Part shown: positions 18,567 to 28,325 of the stretch, in pieces | Position numbering within the stretch: position 1 is the stretch's first letter | Layout: every line of letters begins with the position of its first letter | Virus record (IMG/VR): IMGVR_UViG_3300031088_000008 | Coordinates: 192,001-256,000 of that record | Source of the DNA: a virus | Lineage: Duplodnaviria; Caudoviricetes | Length of the DNA: 64,000 nucleotides | Direction: 5' to 3' (one strand) | Notes under the pieces: model-generated | Seen by the model: only the letters and a program-made list of their open reading frames with translations | Databases searched by the model: none | What the model was told of the DNA's origin: nothing | Position numbers and translations under genes: made by a program

Positions 18567-18588
18567 GTTTCTCTCTATAGAGGAAGAG

Positions 18589-18846
18589 TTAACCCCAAGT
18601 CAACTTGAACAAAAGAGCAGTGGATTGCTCCTGGAATTCGACCTCTAGGCCCTCCGGATAGAAGCTATAGTGGGCATCAAAGAACGTACTATAGGAGAAA
18701 GAACCACCATGCTCCTGTAACCACCGAGTCATACGTGGCCCCGGACCAAATCCCGTCACATAGCTTCCACTAGAAGGGTTGTGAACGGTCTGATAACACA
18801 GATCCTTACTGTCCTCACGATACTCTATAAAGACACTGGTAGTCAT
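18589..18846 (-). CDS. FKLxW-family protein (first gene of minus arm)
   Basis: ALLFKLTWG. Confidence 0.85.
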   Translation of the reverse strand: MTTSVFIEYREDSKDLCYQTVHNPSSGSYVTGFGPGPRMTRWLQEHGGSFSYSTFFDAHYSFYPEGLEVEFQEQSTALLFKLTWG

Positions 18847-18849
18847 CCG

Positions 18850-20140
18850 CCCTCTATAGAACACCCCTATAGAGAGTTCAACTATTTTGTCCCTAGTGGA
18901 GAGTTGAACTTTCCTCTCTATAGCGTAGACTCTGGTTTCCCACTATAGAGGACACTATAGTGGAACTCTGGTGATAGCTATGGCAAGGCACACTCTGGTG
19001 TACTCTGGGCTAACTCTGGTGACAGATATGCGTGATACGTGAAAGGCACAGTAAAAGGCTATTATGGCATAATAAAGCTGAATTACCGTGCTTTTATGAG
19101 CATTTATTGAACACTATAGGGTCTAAAAAGCCACGCAAATCTGCGACTTTTGAGCAAGTTTTGGCATAGTTAAGTACCATTAAATCAATAATAATTCTTT
19201 CGCCGCACATATAGATTTGACGTGATTTGACACCTTTTTCCACGCTCCTGGGAGCGTCCTCTAGGTGGACTCCTGACGTCCAGGGTCCTCACTAGAGTGG
19301 TCCTATAGTGGATCCATAGTGTCTGAACTCTGTCTATAGTACCTTCTACTATGGCTTCTACTATAGTCTTGGCTATATGAGTCACAGCTATAGTCTACAC
19401 TAGAGTCTATGCTATAGGGAACTTCATGGATTCTCTATAGAGCATTACTATAGGTGTTTCCACTACTGTGATTGGTAATGTGGGGGTGGCTATCTGATGG
19501 TGGATCAAAGATATGAAAAAGCGTACAGTGCCACTTTGAAGTCGCGCTCCGCGCCTAGCATTTTGCGCGGGCATGGTTGGAGGTTTTTCTAAGGTAGTGA
19601 GCATTCTATGAGCAGCTTTTCACTACTATAGAGGCACTATTGGGCACGTTCTCGCGGGCACTTTTGTTCCACTATACGGGAACTCTACTCAACTATAGAC
19701 CAACTCTGCGGGCGATTTGCGGGCGATCAGCCCAAATTTTTGCGCTACTCTGCTCAACTCTAGACCAGCTTTTGGGGCCACTCTCGCGGGCAAATTCCTT
19801 CCACTGCTCGCCCAGCCGTAGGCTTGCTCGCCCAAAATCACGGGCTGTTCGGCGGATTTCACGGGTAGTTTTGGGAAAATCACGGGCTCCTGGGATCAGG
19901 ACCCTCCACAATGGAAGCACCATGTCAACACTATAGCGGCACTATGGGAGAACTATTACTCCACTATAGAGGCACTATAGGTTGCTTGAAAAAACCTTAC
20001 AGGGAATGTCAAAAATTTGATACGCGTGATAAAGGCGATCTGAGGATTATGAAGTTTCTGGGATTCTATACCCTCGGCCCTTCACGTTTTTCAGAATCAT
20101 ATTCTTTCATTAACCCTTTTCATTTACTCAGTTTGGTTTA
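18850..20140. repeat. Non-coding locus with dense CTATAG palindromes, ACTCTGG repeats and AT-rich patches (candidate origin/packaging/leader site)
   Basis: About 18 CTATAG in 18854-19980; five ACTCTGG in 18929-19019; no credible ORF. Confidence 0.7.
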
Positions 20141-20899
20141 TCAAAGTTGGCTAACGGAAACTTGATCAACAAACATTGCTGGACTGTTCGTCTTCTGAGA
20201 GATCAACCTAACGAACATTTGATTGCCGGTAACAAAATTGAAATCATAAGGTTTCCACTCTGTGGTGAGATCTATTGTGGTGTTCACGGCATAGGCCAAG
20301 TTAGTATAGACCAGCAGGTGTAACTGTGTGGGTTGGCTTTCCGCGCGTGCCCACACCCTAACCCTATAGTTGGTACTGCCCGGCAATGCGTTGAAGTACC
20401 CAGTTGTTATGTCCGATGGGTTACCCGATGCTACCGGATCCAGCCTTAGCATCCTAGATCCCTGTAGAGCTAGGGGACTGGCCACTATAGTGGCCGCACC
20501 ATAGTTTACCACCCACACACCATTACCCTCGAATGCATCAGAGAAGACAGCGGTTCCGCTCTGAACAAGTACAGTCTTCACCGTGGAGTTCGTGCTCACT
20601 GTCTCGGTCCCAATGGTTGCTGTTACTCTGCATTGTAGGTTAGTGGCACTGCTAGGCCAATAGGTGTCTTTGTTTGGACTAAACTTGGCCTTGACTCCAT
20701 TGACCAGCCACTCATAGGTTACCGTATCGGGTACTCTATTGGTGGCCCAGTTGACTTTGAACTGCTCACCTATCCTCGTGCCAGTGATAGTTGGTATGGC
20801 AGTAAAGGCAAGTGGTGGGACAACAATCAGCTTGCTTGGTGCCTCGCGGCTGATCAGCTTTCCAATAGGTCGGAACGCTCCTGTGAACTTCATTGCCAT
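20141..20899 (-). CDS. Virion protein, Ig-like plus carbohydrate-binding-like domain
   Basis: TYEWLVNG...LQCRVTAT Ig signature; C-terminal YRVRVWAR...LTTEWK.Y.F.F. Confidence 0.65.
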   Translation of the reverse strand: MAMKFTGAFRPIGKLISREAPSKLIVVPPLAFTAIPTITGTRIGEQFKVNWATNRVPDTVTYEWLVNGVKAKFSPNKDTYWPSSATNLQCRVTATIGTETVSTNSTVKTVLVQSGTAVFSDAFEGNGVWVVNYGAATIVASPLALQGSRMLRLDPVASGNPSDITTGYFNALPGSTNYRVRVWARAESQPTQLHLLVYTNLAYAVNTTIDLTTEWKPYDFNFVTGNQMFVRLISQKTNSPAMFVDQVSVSQL

Positions 20900-20900
20900 C

Positions 20901-21275
20901 TTAGGTTACCTTCTGATACTGTGGGATTATCATGTGTCGTACCTCTTCAGCATAGAGGTCGTGGGTGACGATGTAGAAGCGGATCTCCTCACTCTGTCCA
21001 GCGGTGCTCTGCCTGAGTACGTCTTCCAGAGCTGGTACATAGTGTGCTCCATAGGCTTCTGGGTTCTCCCTGAAGTACTGGAGCGCAGTCCTGATAGCAC
21101 GACTACTGGGTGGGTGGCGATCTGCCCACGCTCGGTGGCCGCGCTGGATTGAGTTGGCATAGGTCAATACTTGACAGCGTTCCAACCTGAGGTGTACCTC
21201 TTTGTCCTGTTCCGCCATGGAAAGTGGTGCATCCTCACCGCTAAAGTTCAGCTCAAGTTGATTGGTGTCGCGCAT
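20901..21275 (-). CDS. Hypothetical protein
   Basis: ORF filling the gap between structural genes; start uncertain. Confidence 0.55.
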   Translation of the reverse strand: MRDTNQLELNFSGEDAPLSMAEQDKEVHLRLERCQVLTYANSIQRGHRAWADRHPPSSRAIRTALQYFRENPEAYGAHYVPALEDVLRQSTAGQSEEIRFYIVTHDLYAEEVRHMIIPQYQKVT

Positions 21276-21288
21276 GATTGGTAGCCTC

Positions 21289-22623
21289 TTATCTAAGGTA
21301 GGAGTTGCGTGTTGCCATAATATCATTCCAGCTTTGGTAGCCAGAGGGCACCCCGTATTTGAAGGGCTCTGCCCCTGCGTTAATGGACCACTCTCCCCTG
21401 ACAGTAACGTTGGGCTCAGTGATACAAAAGTAGTTTTCCAAGTTCATATTGCCGTATGGATCCCAGTCCAATCCCAGTGACGCGGGATCGCTGGCAACTG
21501 GTGTGCCCATCCAACCCTGCTCATCTCTGAGGTACCATTTGCTCTGAAAGTATTGAGGAGTATTCATTGCAAAGCCCCAAGTCTTCGTCCCACCAACGGG
21601 AGTTGCTCGTGCTCCACCTCTATTCAAAGACGCTGCATTGACTGTCAATGCTAGGCTGGTTGCCAGGATGCCGCTTTCCTGTGTGTCGCCGGCACCTCCC
21701 AACACGAAGGCATTCGTCCTTCTATAGTGTCTGGTACCAAATCGAGAACTAGCGGCACCAACTTTGTGGGCGGTTACCTCGAAATACATCTTGCTCATGT
21801 TGGGGATTGGAACGTTACTGTATGCGCTGGCAATGAACGATGTGGAAACTGTGCTATTGGTAAGTGAAACTCTAGTATCATTTACCTGCACTCCACCATA
21901 ACCGGCCATCAAGCGCACCTTGTGGTCGCGATAGCCAAGGAAATTGTAGTTGGCTGGAAGATAGGGTGTTGACAGTTGTCCTGCGTTCAGAGTAATATTC
22001 AAGCCTGTTGCTGCTAGAACTTGCACCATGGGAGTAATGGATCCAGCGATACCAGTGCTACTTGCCATGGAATAGCTGAGTGTTCCCATGTCCTGCGTGG
22101 TAACTGGTGAGCCTAAGGTAGCCCAAACACCATTGACATGAAAGGTCGTCTTGATAGTGTTGGTTCCAGCACCTGAGGCATCAACCACCATGCCCACAAT
22201 ATCACCGTTCTTTAGTTCTGGAAAATACTTTCCCAATACAGTGGTGCTACTGCCGGAAAAGACTGTACCATCCGTTCTAAGCCACACACCATTGAGTGTG
22301 TTAGCGGTAATCGCGCTTGTACTGCCCACTCCCCAAGCGTTGGTCCAACCCAGTCTGCTAAGTGCTCTGATGTCATTGATGCGCCACTCAACGTATCGTC
22401 GATCGTTGTAGATGTTGGTGTTGATTACCGCATGGGAAAGAGTGGTAACCTTCTTTTGAATCGTGAGACCATTGTCAAAAAAGTCATAGACATTTGACGC
22501 GGTATCATAGGTCGCACCTTGGAAACTTGGGTACATTCCATCAAATACTTGGGAAACCAGAGGAGGAGTGGTCACCTTAATAAATGGGATAGGCTTGAAG
22601 GCGCCAGTAAATTTCAAAGACAT
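21289..22623 (-). CDS. Virion protein with SPRY/ConA-like domains
   Basis: YVEW, GDIVGMVVD, YFEVT, NAGAEPFKYGVPSGY motifs; AAAGGAG RBS. Confidence 0.7.
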   Translation of the reverse strand: MSLKFTGAFKPIPFIKVTTPPLVSQVFDGMYPSFQGATYDTASNVYDFFDNGLTIQKKVTTLSHAVINTNIYNDRRYVEWRINDIRALSRLGWTNAWGVGSTSAITANTLNGVWLRTDGTVFSGSSTTVLGKYFPELKNGDIVGMVVDASGAGTNTIKTTFHVNGVWATLGSPVTTQDMGTLSYSMASSTGIAGSITPMVQVLAATGLNITLNAGQLSTPYLPANYNFLGYRDHKVRLMAGYGGVQVNDTRVSLTNSTVSTSFIASAYSNVPIPNMSKMYFEVTAHKVGAASSRFGTRHYRRTNAFVLGGAGDTQESGILATSLALTVNAASLNRGGARATPVGGTKTWGFAMNTPQYFQSKWYLRDEQGWMGTPVASDPASLGLDWDPYGNMNLENYFCITEPNVTVRGEWSINAGAEPFKYGVPSGYQSWNDIMATRNSYLR

Positions 22624-22659
22624 CAGGTAACTCCTTTAACAGGATACTTATTAGTCATG

Positions 22660-22690
22660 GAAAAGCCCGGAGGATTGCTTCTCCGGGCCC
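22660..22690 (-). terminator. Rho-independent terminator
   Basis: GCCCGGAG-loop-CTCCGGGC followed by TTTT on minus strand. Confidence 0.7.
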
Positions 22691-22696
22691 ATCCTC

Positions 22697-23857
22697 TTAG
22701 TTGTGGAGTACGACTACCAGCTTGTCCAGCTTGCTGTCCTGTACCGCGGGGCTTACGATCTCAAGATAGTCCGCAAGAACCAGTGCTCGATCGCTGCTCG
22801 TTGGCACCGCAATAGTTCCAACTGTCTCACCGGCCAAGAAGGTGATCGTACCAATATTGGTACCGTTCTTGGCGATGTTGAACACGGTGTCCGCATCTGG
22901 TGCAACCAAGACCTTGGCCTTGCTGTTTCCAACAACGATCGTGAAGTCATCTGTTACCACGTCGGCACGGCTGCGGGCATTAGCTGCCATGGTTGGTACG
23001 GCGTTCATGTAGAACTTTACCGCGTAGGTCTGAACACTTGTGGAACCACTACCGCCGGGCACTGCCCAAGTTCCATCTGCCCTCAGATACTTGGTTGTAC
23101 CGCCACCACTCTTTGGTACGATACCAGCGGTCGTGCTGGTGAACACGGGCTTGTCGGCGTCCGCAGTATTGTCCACGTTGGAGAGACCAACCGTTGTCTT
23201 GTCCACTACGACGAAAGCCTTGCTTCCATTGAGGAACTTGGTTGTTGGCGAGGTCGTGGGTGCAACCAGCTTGTCTTCCTTGCCATCCAGTGCCGCTTGT
23301 GCCAGGGTACTGATGGGCTTGGAGAGGTCGCTGGTGTTATCAACGAGTGCCAGACCAACTGCCGTCTTGTTCAAGTCCTGGAAGGTCTTGTCACCACGGT
23401 AATACTGTCCAACGCCACCACCGGTTACGGTTGGTTCCTTGGCATCAAGTGCAGTCTTGGTTGCCGTGCTGATTGGCTTGTTGGCATCACTGGTGTTGCT
23501 GACATTGTCGAGCAACAATAGTGTCTTGGCTTCCAGGGGATCCAAGTTCTCAATGGCACCTGTGTTGGCGCTCTTGCGTCCCAACAGGATTCCACTGTTG
23601 GTTGTCAGACCGCTGCTGGTGATGCCACCCTTGTTTACCTTGGTACCTAGGGTGTCCTGGAGATCCTCGTCATCAAGCAGGTTGCCCCAAGTCTTGTCAC
23701 CCTTAAAGTATTGGGCGGGCTGGGCAAAGGAAATAGAAGGTTCCTTGCCACTGTAAAGTTCGGTGAAGTTGGCGTTTGCTTTACTGAACGCCAAGTTCAG
23801 CTTGTCACCAGTGCCGTCGTTGGCCGTGGTTCCAACATTGATAGTCTGCTTTGCCAT
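22697..23857 (-). CDS. Tail fibre/baseplate protein
   Basis: N-terminal INVGTTANDGTGDKL (T4 gp9/gp10-type) and three NV(D/S)NT(S/A)DxxKP repeats. Confidence 0.8.
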   Translation of the reverse strand: MAKQTINVGTTANDGTGDKLNLAFSKANANFTELYSGKEPSISFAQPAQYFKGDKTWGNLLDDEDLQDTLGTKVNKGGITSSGLTTNSGILLGRKSANTGAIENLDPLEAKTLLLLDNVSNTSDANKPISTATKTALDAKEPTVTGGGVGQYYRGDKTFQDLNKTAVGLALVDNTSDLSKPISTLAQAALDGKEDKLVAPTTSPTTKFLNGSKAFVVVDKTTVGLSNVDNTADADKPVFTSTTAGIVPKSGGGTTKYLRADGTWAVPGGSGSTSVQTYAVKFYMNAVPTMAANARSRADVVTDDFTIVVGNSKAKVLVAPDADTVFNIAKNGTNIGTITFLAGETVGTIAVPTSSDRALVLADYLEIVSPAVQDSKLDKLVVVLHN

Positions 23858-23868
23858 GTTGTTTCTCC

Positions 23869-26289
23869 TTAGCCGTTGTCAACGGTAATGGTGTCGTCGT
23901 CTGCGGAAATCTGATCACTGTCAACGCGAGTAACTGGTGCGATGATGATGTTCTCATCCAAGTCTCCCGAGAGATCCCAGATGTTGTTTCCCACATAGAT
24001 AAGTTCAGCCCTGCTGTAACGTCGCCTCAATGCGTAACCATTGGGAGTATTGACAGTTACGTTGCCGGTTGGTGTAATGCTCGTTGGCCCAATACCAGTC
24101 TGTGCAATCCTGATTGTGGCACCTAGGTTAAACTCCACTTGCTCACTGTCAGGGATCATTACCTCATTGGGCACCGATACGTTGACCCTCAGGTACTTTC
24201 CAACATCGTTCAAGGTCAGCATCCTATCGGTGTCAACGGAAACGATTGGGATATTGTTGTCCAGCTTGCTCAGGAGACTGGTGATCAGTACCTCACCATC
24301 ATCGCTTAGGATCATCTCATTGACTGTGATGCCCCGAATGTCGCAATCCAGGAACTGTACTCGACCAGTTGTTGGTCCATACAATCCCAGGGCAACCTGC
24401 TGGCGATCTGCCTTCAAGAAGCCGCAGTTCTTGATCGTTCCCCTTACCAATCCACCGGACACGATCATCGCTGGTCCGGTATCACTGGCGCGGTCGCTGA
24501 TGTCCCAGGTGATGTTGCTCATATTGAACTCATCAACATTGGAACCAATCTGCAGATCACCCTTTACCACAGTATTGGTGGAGTCAAAGAAGCTCTCAAA
24601 AGAGATCCTGCGGAAGTTTTGAACAACCACATCCTCATTGTATAGGTTGCCCATTAGAACGATAGTCCAGTGGGCATTGGTGTTGGTTGGGATGGTTGTC
24701 AATGCCTTGTTGATGGTCAGGTATGGGTTAGTGAATGCACCATTTCCATCACCGTCCGTTCCATGTGGGGCAACGAATACTGTCTGGGCCAGCGTCTGTG
24801 CTTCAACCTCTTCCTCGGTGTACCAAGTCAAGCCCTGAACGCCCATGATCATAAACTGACCGGGCTGTCCGCGTGTGGTTGGCCACAGAGTATTGTTCAG
24901 TCGAAGTGTTGAGCCACCAATCTGAACCGTATCGTCGGATTGGATGTTCATTGGACCAGTGCCCTGGACTGTGATATCCGAGCCCCTTAGACCAATTGAT
25001 CCACCCTGATAGTCAAGTGCGGTTCCCTTTAGTGTCAGGGCTCCCTCGCTGGTGATACCAACGCTCTTACCATTTAGAGCCAGGGCACCAGTGCTGTTGA
25101 TGTTTACACCAACGCCACCCAACGTTACTGCGCCACTGCTTTGCAGATTCGTGGACGTGGACAGGACGGTAAGTGCCTTGCCCGTTAGGCCAATGTCACC
25201 GCTGCTCTGAAGCAGAAGCGACGTGCCGGTAACTGACACAGGACCGCCTTGTAGAACAATTGGCGTGCTGCCAGTGCCCTGAATGCTGATACCAGTCTGC
25301 GCTACCGTAATGGTGCTCGCTGGGTTGCTGGATCCACTCTTAAGGACCAAGCTACCAGTTGAACTCCGGATTGAATAGTTCTTTGTGTCCAGGTCACCGC
25401 CTAGGATTGGTGCAGTATCGCTCTCAATCTTTGCCAGTTGTGCCCGGAGATTTGCCACAGTGGTGTTCTTTGGCAAGTTGTCCCGGAGGTCGTGCCAGAC
25501 AATCAAGTCCTGGTCACGAATGTTGTCTTTTGCCTCAGTGTTTCCAATGTCCAGCTGAACCACTGGCGCCGAAGGATCAGGAGTTACCTTGATACCCAGT
25601 CCACCAATGACACCCTGGATTGTTCCCGCACCAACAGGCTGCCAGGAAACCGTGGGACCATTGGCCACCAGAGCATAGGCTGCACCGGAGGGAGGAGGAG
25701 CAAGTTCCTTGGAACTATTCGTGCTGTCACCGATCAACAGGGCACCGCTTGCCAGCTTGTGGCTGTTTAGACCATAGCTAACCGACCGCGTACCAGTTGC
25801 AATCAGGCGTCCAAGACCATTAAAGCGGTATGTGGGAAAGTGTACCGTTCCCGTACCAATACCCAGCGAGGAAGCATCCGTTCCAATCTCTTGGTTCTCA
25901 CCGCCAACCGCCCAAGAGATCGTGTGAGTCGTTGGTGTTACCTGAACGATTCGACCCTTGGCATCGATCTGTAGGTCAAAGTCCTGGCCCTTAGTGGAAA
26001 GTACCGCACCGGCGGGCAATACATTGGCTAGGGTAAAGTTTACTTCAAGATTGGGATCAGAGGTGTTGAACACCATCGCGTTACCAATGCGATCACTCTT
26101 ACCTGCCGCGTCACCAACAAAGCTGAAGCGAGTATTCTGAAACTTTGTTAGCTCATCACTTGCCTGCTGAAAGCCGGCCAAGACTGCCCTTGAGTTCTGA
26201 CGGAAGCCAGCTGAAGAGTTGTTTTGACCCGAAATCGGGAAATCAGTGTTGAGACCAATCTGGTTGACCTTTGTGAGAATGTCACTCAT
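23869..26289 (-). CDS. Large virion structural/tail protein
   Basis: 806 aa, Gly/Ser/Thr beta-solenoid-like repeats, VFVAPHGTDGDGNG..TNPYLTI.KA motif. Confidence 0.7.
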   Translation of the reverse strand: MSDILTKVNQIGLNTDFPISGQNNSSAGFRQNSRAVLAGFQQASDELTKFQNTRFSFVGDAAGKSDRIGNAMVFNTSDPNLEVNFTLANVLPAGAVLSTKGQDFDLQIDAKGRIVQVTPTTHTISWAVGGENQEIGTDASSLGIGTGTVHFPTYRFNGLGRLIATGTRSVSYGLNSHKLASGALLIGDSTNSSKELAPPPSGAAYALVANGPTVSWQPVGAGTIQGVIGGLGIKVTPDPSAPVVQLDIGNTEAKDNIRDQDLIVWHDLRDNLPKNTTVANLRAQLAKIESDTAPILGGDLDTKNYSIRSSTGSLVLKSGSSNPASTITVAQTGISIQGTGSTPIVLQGGPVSVTGTSLLLQSSGDIGLTGKALTVLSTSTNLQSSGAVTLGGVGVNINSTGALALNGKSVGITSEGALTLKGTALDYQGGSIGLRGSDITVQGTGPMNIQSDDTVQIGGSTLRLNNTLWPTTRGQPGQFMIMGVQGLTWYTEEEVEAQTLAQTVFVAPHGTDGDGNGAFTNPYLTINKALTTIPTNTNAHWTIVLMGNLYNEDVVVQNFRRISFESFFDSTNTVVKGDLQIGSNVDEFNMSNITWDISDRASDTGPAMIVSGGLVRGTIKNCGFLKADRQQVALGLYGPTTGRVQFLDCDIRGITVNEMILSDDGEVLITSLLSKLDNNIPIVSVDTDRMLTLNDVGKYLRVNVSVPNEVMIPDSEQVEFNLGATIRIAQTGIGPTSITPTGNVTVNTPNGYALRRRYSRAELIYVGNNIWDLSGDLDENIIIAPVTRVDSDQISADDDTITVDNG

Positions 26290-26297
26290 CGGTTCTC

Positions 26298-28304
26298 CTA
26301 TTTGTCACCTGGCGGAAACTTGTAGTATTTACTCTCAGACTGGAGTACCTTATCAAAGGAAGTCAGCTGAGTGGTACGGTTCTCCGCATTGTCGGGACCA
26401 TCAAAGGTTGTCAGCGCACCAGTATCTGGATCGAAATCAAAAGTAGTCGAGGTAAAGCCATCACTTAGGAGAAGGTACCTATCCACTGAGATAGTCGTAC
26501 CCTGTAAGTCCTCGTTGAATCCTGCTTGCTCCAAGGCTCTTACCAGTGCGGGACCCGATCCTGCCTTAACGTAAGCCAGCTCAATGACAGTTTGGTATCC
26601 AGGAATGGTTGCTGGCTTTCCAGCTTCCTGTTCACTCATCATCCAGAGTGGCAAACCCTCTCGACCAACCAGTCCATAGCCGCGCGTTCCAGCAGTCTGG
26701 GCCTGTTCTGCCCAGTCCTGTCGGTTGCGATTGCTCTGCATGTCCAGCCGCATGTTACGGATACTATTGGGAAAGTAATGGCTGTCTTCCTTGGATAGGT
26801 TCATCACAGGAATTGCCGTCTGCTTTTGCCCTGGCTGGTAACGAGATAGAGTTACCTCTTTGTTTCCAGCATCAAATCCACCAGCACCTGACATTGGATC
26901 AATAACCGTCAGGTAGAGTACATCATAGAGGTGGACACCCTCTGGACTCCTGGCGCGACTGCTGGCCAGCTTTCCAATCCTCCAAGTGGTTGGATGGTGA
27001 TAGTCCTTGAGTTTGTCCAAAAAGCTACCATCTTGAACATAATTCAAGCCGGCGGCTACCAAGATGTTGTATTCCTTTTTCTTACCAAACAATTGGTCGC
27101 TGGGTCGGAAGTTGTTGTCACGTCCCAACAAAGTTAGTTCATGCGGTGCCTTGGCCGATGGTTCTTTCAGCTCTGCGGTGTTGCCCCAAATCCACCGGAC
27201 AATCTTTCTCCGTGCATCGCCAGGAACATTTACCTGCAAGGTTGTCACACTATCGGAGGCAAAGATGCTGCGAATGGTCACGCTAAAGCTGCGCTCGCTT
27301 GCCACACTACTCTGGCGAACCTCACCAGTGATCTGGTTTTGAAAGACCACTCGGGCCTCAACCTTGAACTCAAAGGAAGTATTGGTTACCACATAGGGGC
27401 AACGTCCAAGTATCAGTCCAGTGTTGGGATCAAGGAGGAGACCATCGGGAAGTGGATTGCTCCTGCCGGTCAAAGTGTAGCGGATGATCTGCACTTCCAG
27501 GTTGTTGCTTCCGTTTACCTGATACTGTGGTACTGCCTTGACTGCAAAGTGACTGGGATAGGTCTCATAAGTGGATCCTAGGCTTCCCGCAGGAGTCTCC
27601 CACCTAACCGTATCGCTGAGTCGGGCATCCAGGACGATCTCTGAATTGAGTGTGATCCTGTAGGTTTTCTCTGAGGTACGGGGCGCACCCTCGCCATGAG
27701 GATTGCGAGCCACGTCATCGGGATCGCGGGCGTACACCTTAAAATAGTAGGCACCAGGTTGGTTGCCAGTAACCGTTGGTGATCCAATGATGCGAACAAT
27801 GTTGGGCTGCGCTTGCTCAACTGCCAGACCATTTGGAAGACCCTCGTGGGTACCTGGGATACCAGTACGAACACCCATTGCCTTGTAGGTCAGGTTGTCC
27901 ATGTCGGGGTTGATAATGTCCAGCTGGATGTTGACACTTGAGCCACGGTTTACCGCACCAAGATCCTGAAGACCAGCGGGCATTGCCCAGCTCTGTTCCT
28001 CATCCCTGGGGTCCACGATCCACTTGTAGGATCGATCAAAGGTCTTGGTTGGATCGGAAGCACTGACAGCACGAAAGACCACGGGATAGCTGTCCTGGTC
28101 TTTGGAGAGAGCCAAGATGGTTCCATAGATGCGTCGAGTAGCGCCATTGAAGTTTAGACCTGGGGGCAGGTCGCCGCCGATCAGGTCAATCCTCTGTGGA
28201 CTGTTGTTGAATTCGAGGAGAAGATCTACCACATCGCCACGGCGCCATGGTTGTCCACCATTCAAGAGCTTTCCACTTGCTGGAGACTTCCAAAGGTTTG
28301 CCAC
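26298..28304 (-). CDS. Putative Ig (He_PIG) domain baseplate/virion protein
   Basis: GDLPPGLNF, LPDGLLLDPNTGLILG, WETPAGSLG repeats. Confidence 0.75.
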   Translation of the reverse strand: MANLWKSPASGKLLNGGQPWRRGDVVDLLLEFNNSPQRIDLIGGDLPPGLNFNGATRRIYGTILALSKDQDSYPVVFRAVSASDPTKTFDRSYKWIVDPRDEEQSWAMPAGLQDLGAVNRGSSVNIQLDIINPDMDNLTYKAMGVRTGIPGTHEGLPNGLAVEQAQPNIVRIIGSPTVTGNQPGAYYFKVYARDPDDVARNPHGEGAPRTSEKTYRITLNSEIVLDARLSDTVRWETPAGSLGSTYETYPSHFAVKAVPQYQVNGSNNLEVQIIRYTLTGRSNPLPDGLLLDPNTGLILGRCPYVVTNTSFEFKVEARVVFQNQITGEVRQSSVASERSFSVTIRSIFASDSVTTLQVNVPGDARRKIVRWIWGNTAELKEPSAKAPHELTLLGRDNNFRPSDQLFGKKKEYNILVAAGLNYVQDGSFLDKLKDYHHPTTWRIGKLASSRARSPEGVHLYDVLYLTVIDPMSGAGGFDAGNKEVTLSRYQPGQKQTAIPVMNLSKEDSHYFPNSIRNMRLDMQSNRNRQDWAEQAQTAGTRGYGLVGREGLPLWMMSEQEAGKPATIPGYQTVIELAYVKAGSGPALVRALEQAGFNEDLQGTTISVDRYLLLSDGFTSTTFDFDPDTGALTTFDGPDNAENRTTQLTSFDKVLQSESKYYKFPPGDK

Positions 28305-28325
28305 TACGATACTCCCTAGTTTCTA

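Larger units (their letters stand above)
2581..18846. repeat. Array of ~53 paralogous small genes sharing a C-terminal FKLx[WF] motif (22 on + strand, 31 on - strand)
   Basis: Recurrent ~27-30 bp element, consensus about GCCATG(T/C)TGTTCAAG(C/T)TGAC(N)TGGGG, at the 3' end of nearly every ORF. Confidence 0.95.

Noticed and set aside
2581-18846. CRISPR array interpretation of the recurring ~28 bp motif
   Set aside because: Spacing is 200-500 bp, the repeat varies mainly at synonymous positions and lies in frame within ORFs, and no cas genes are visible
2581-18846. Diversity-generating retroelement or classical integron
   Set aside because: No reverse transcriptase, no TR/VR pair with adenine-specific differences, and no tyrosine integrase or attC hairpins seen in the window
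19185-20165. Short ORFs in the CTATAG locus
   Set aside because: No RBS, translations reflect the repeats, and ORFs on both strands conflict
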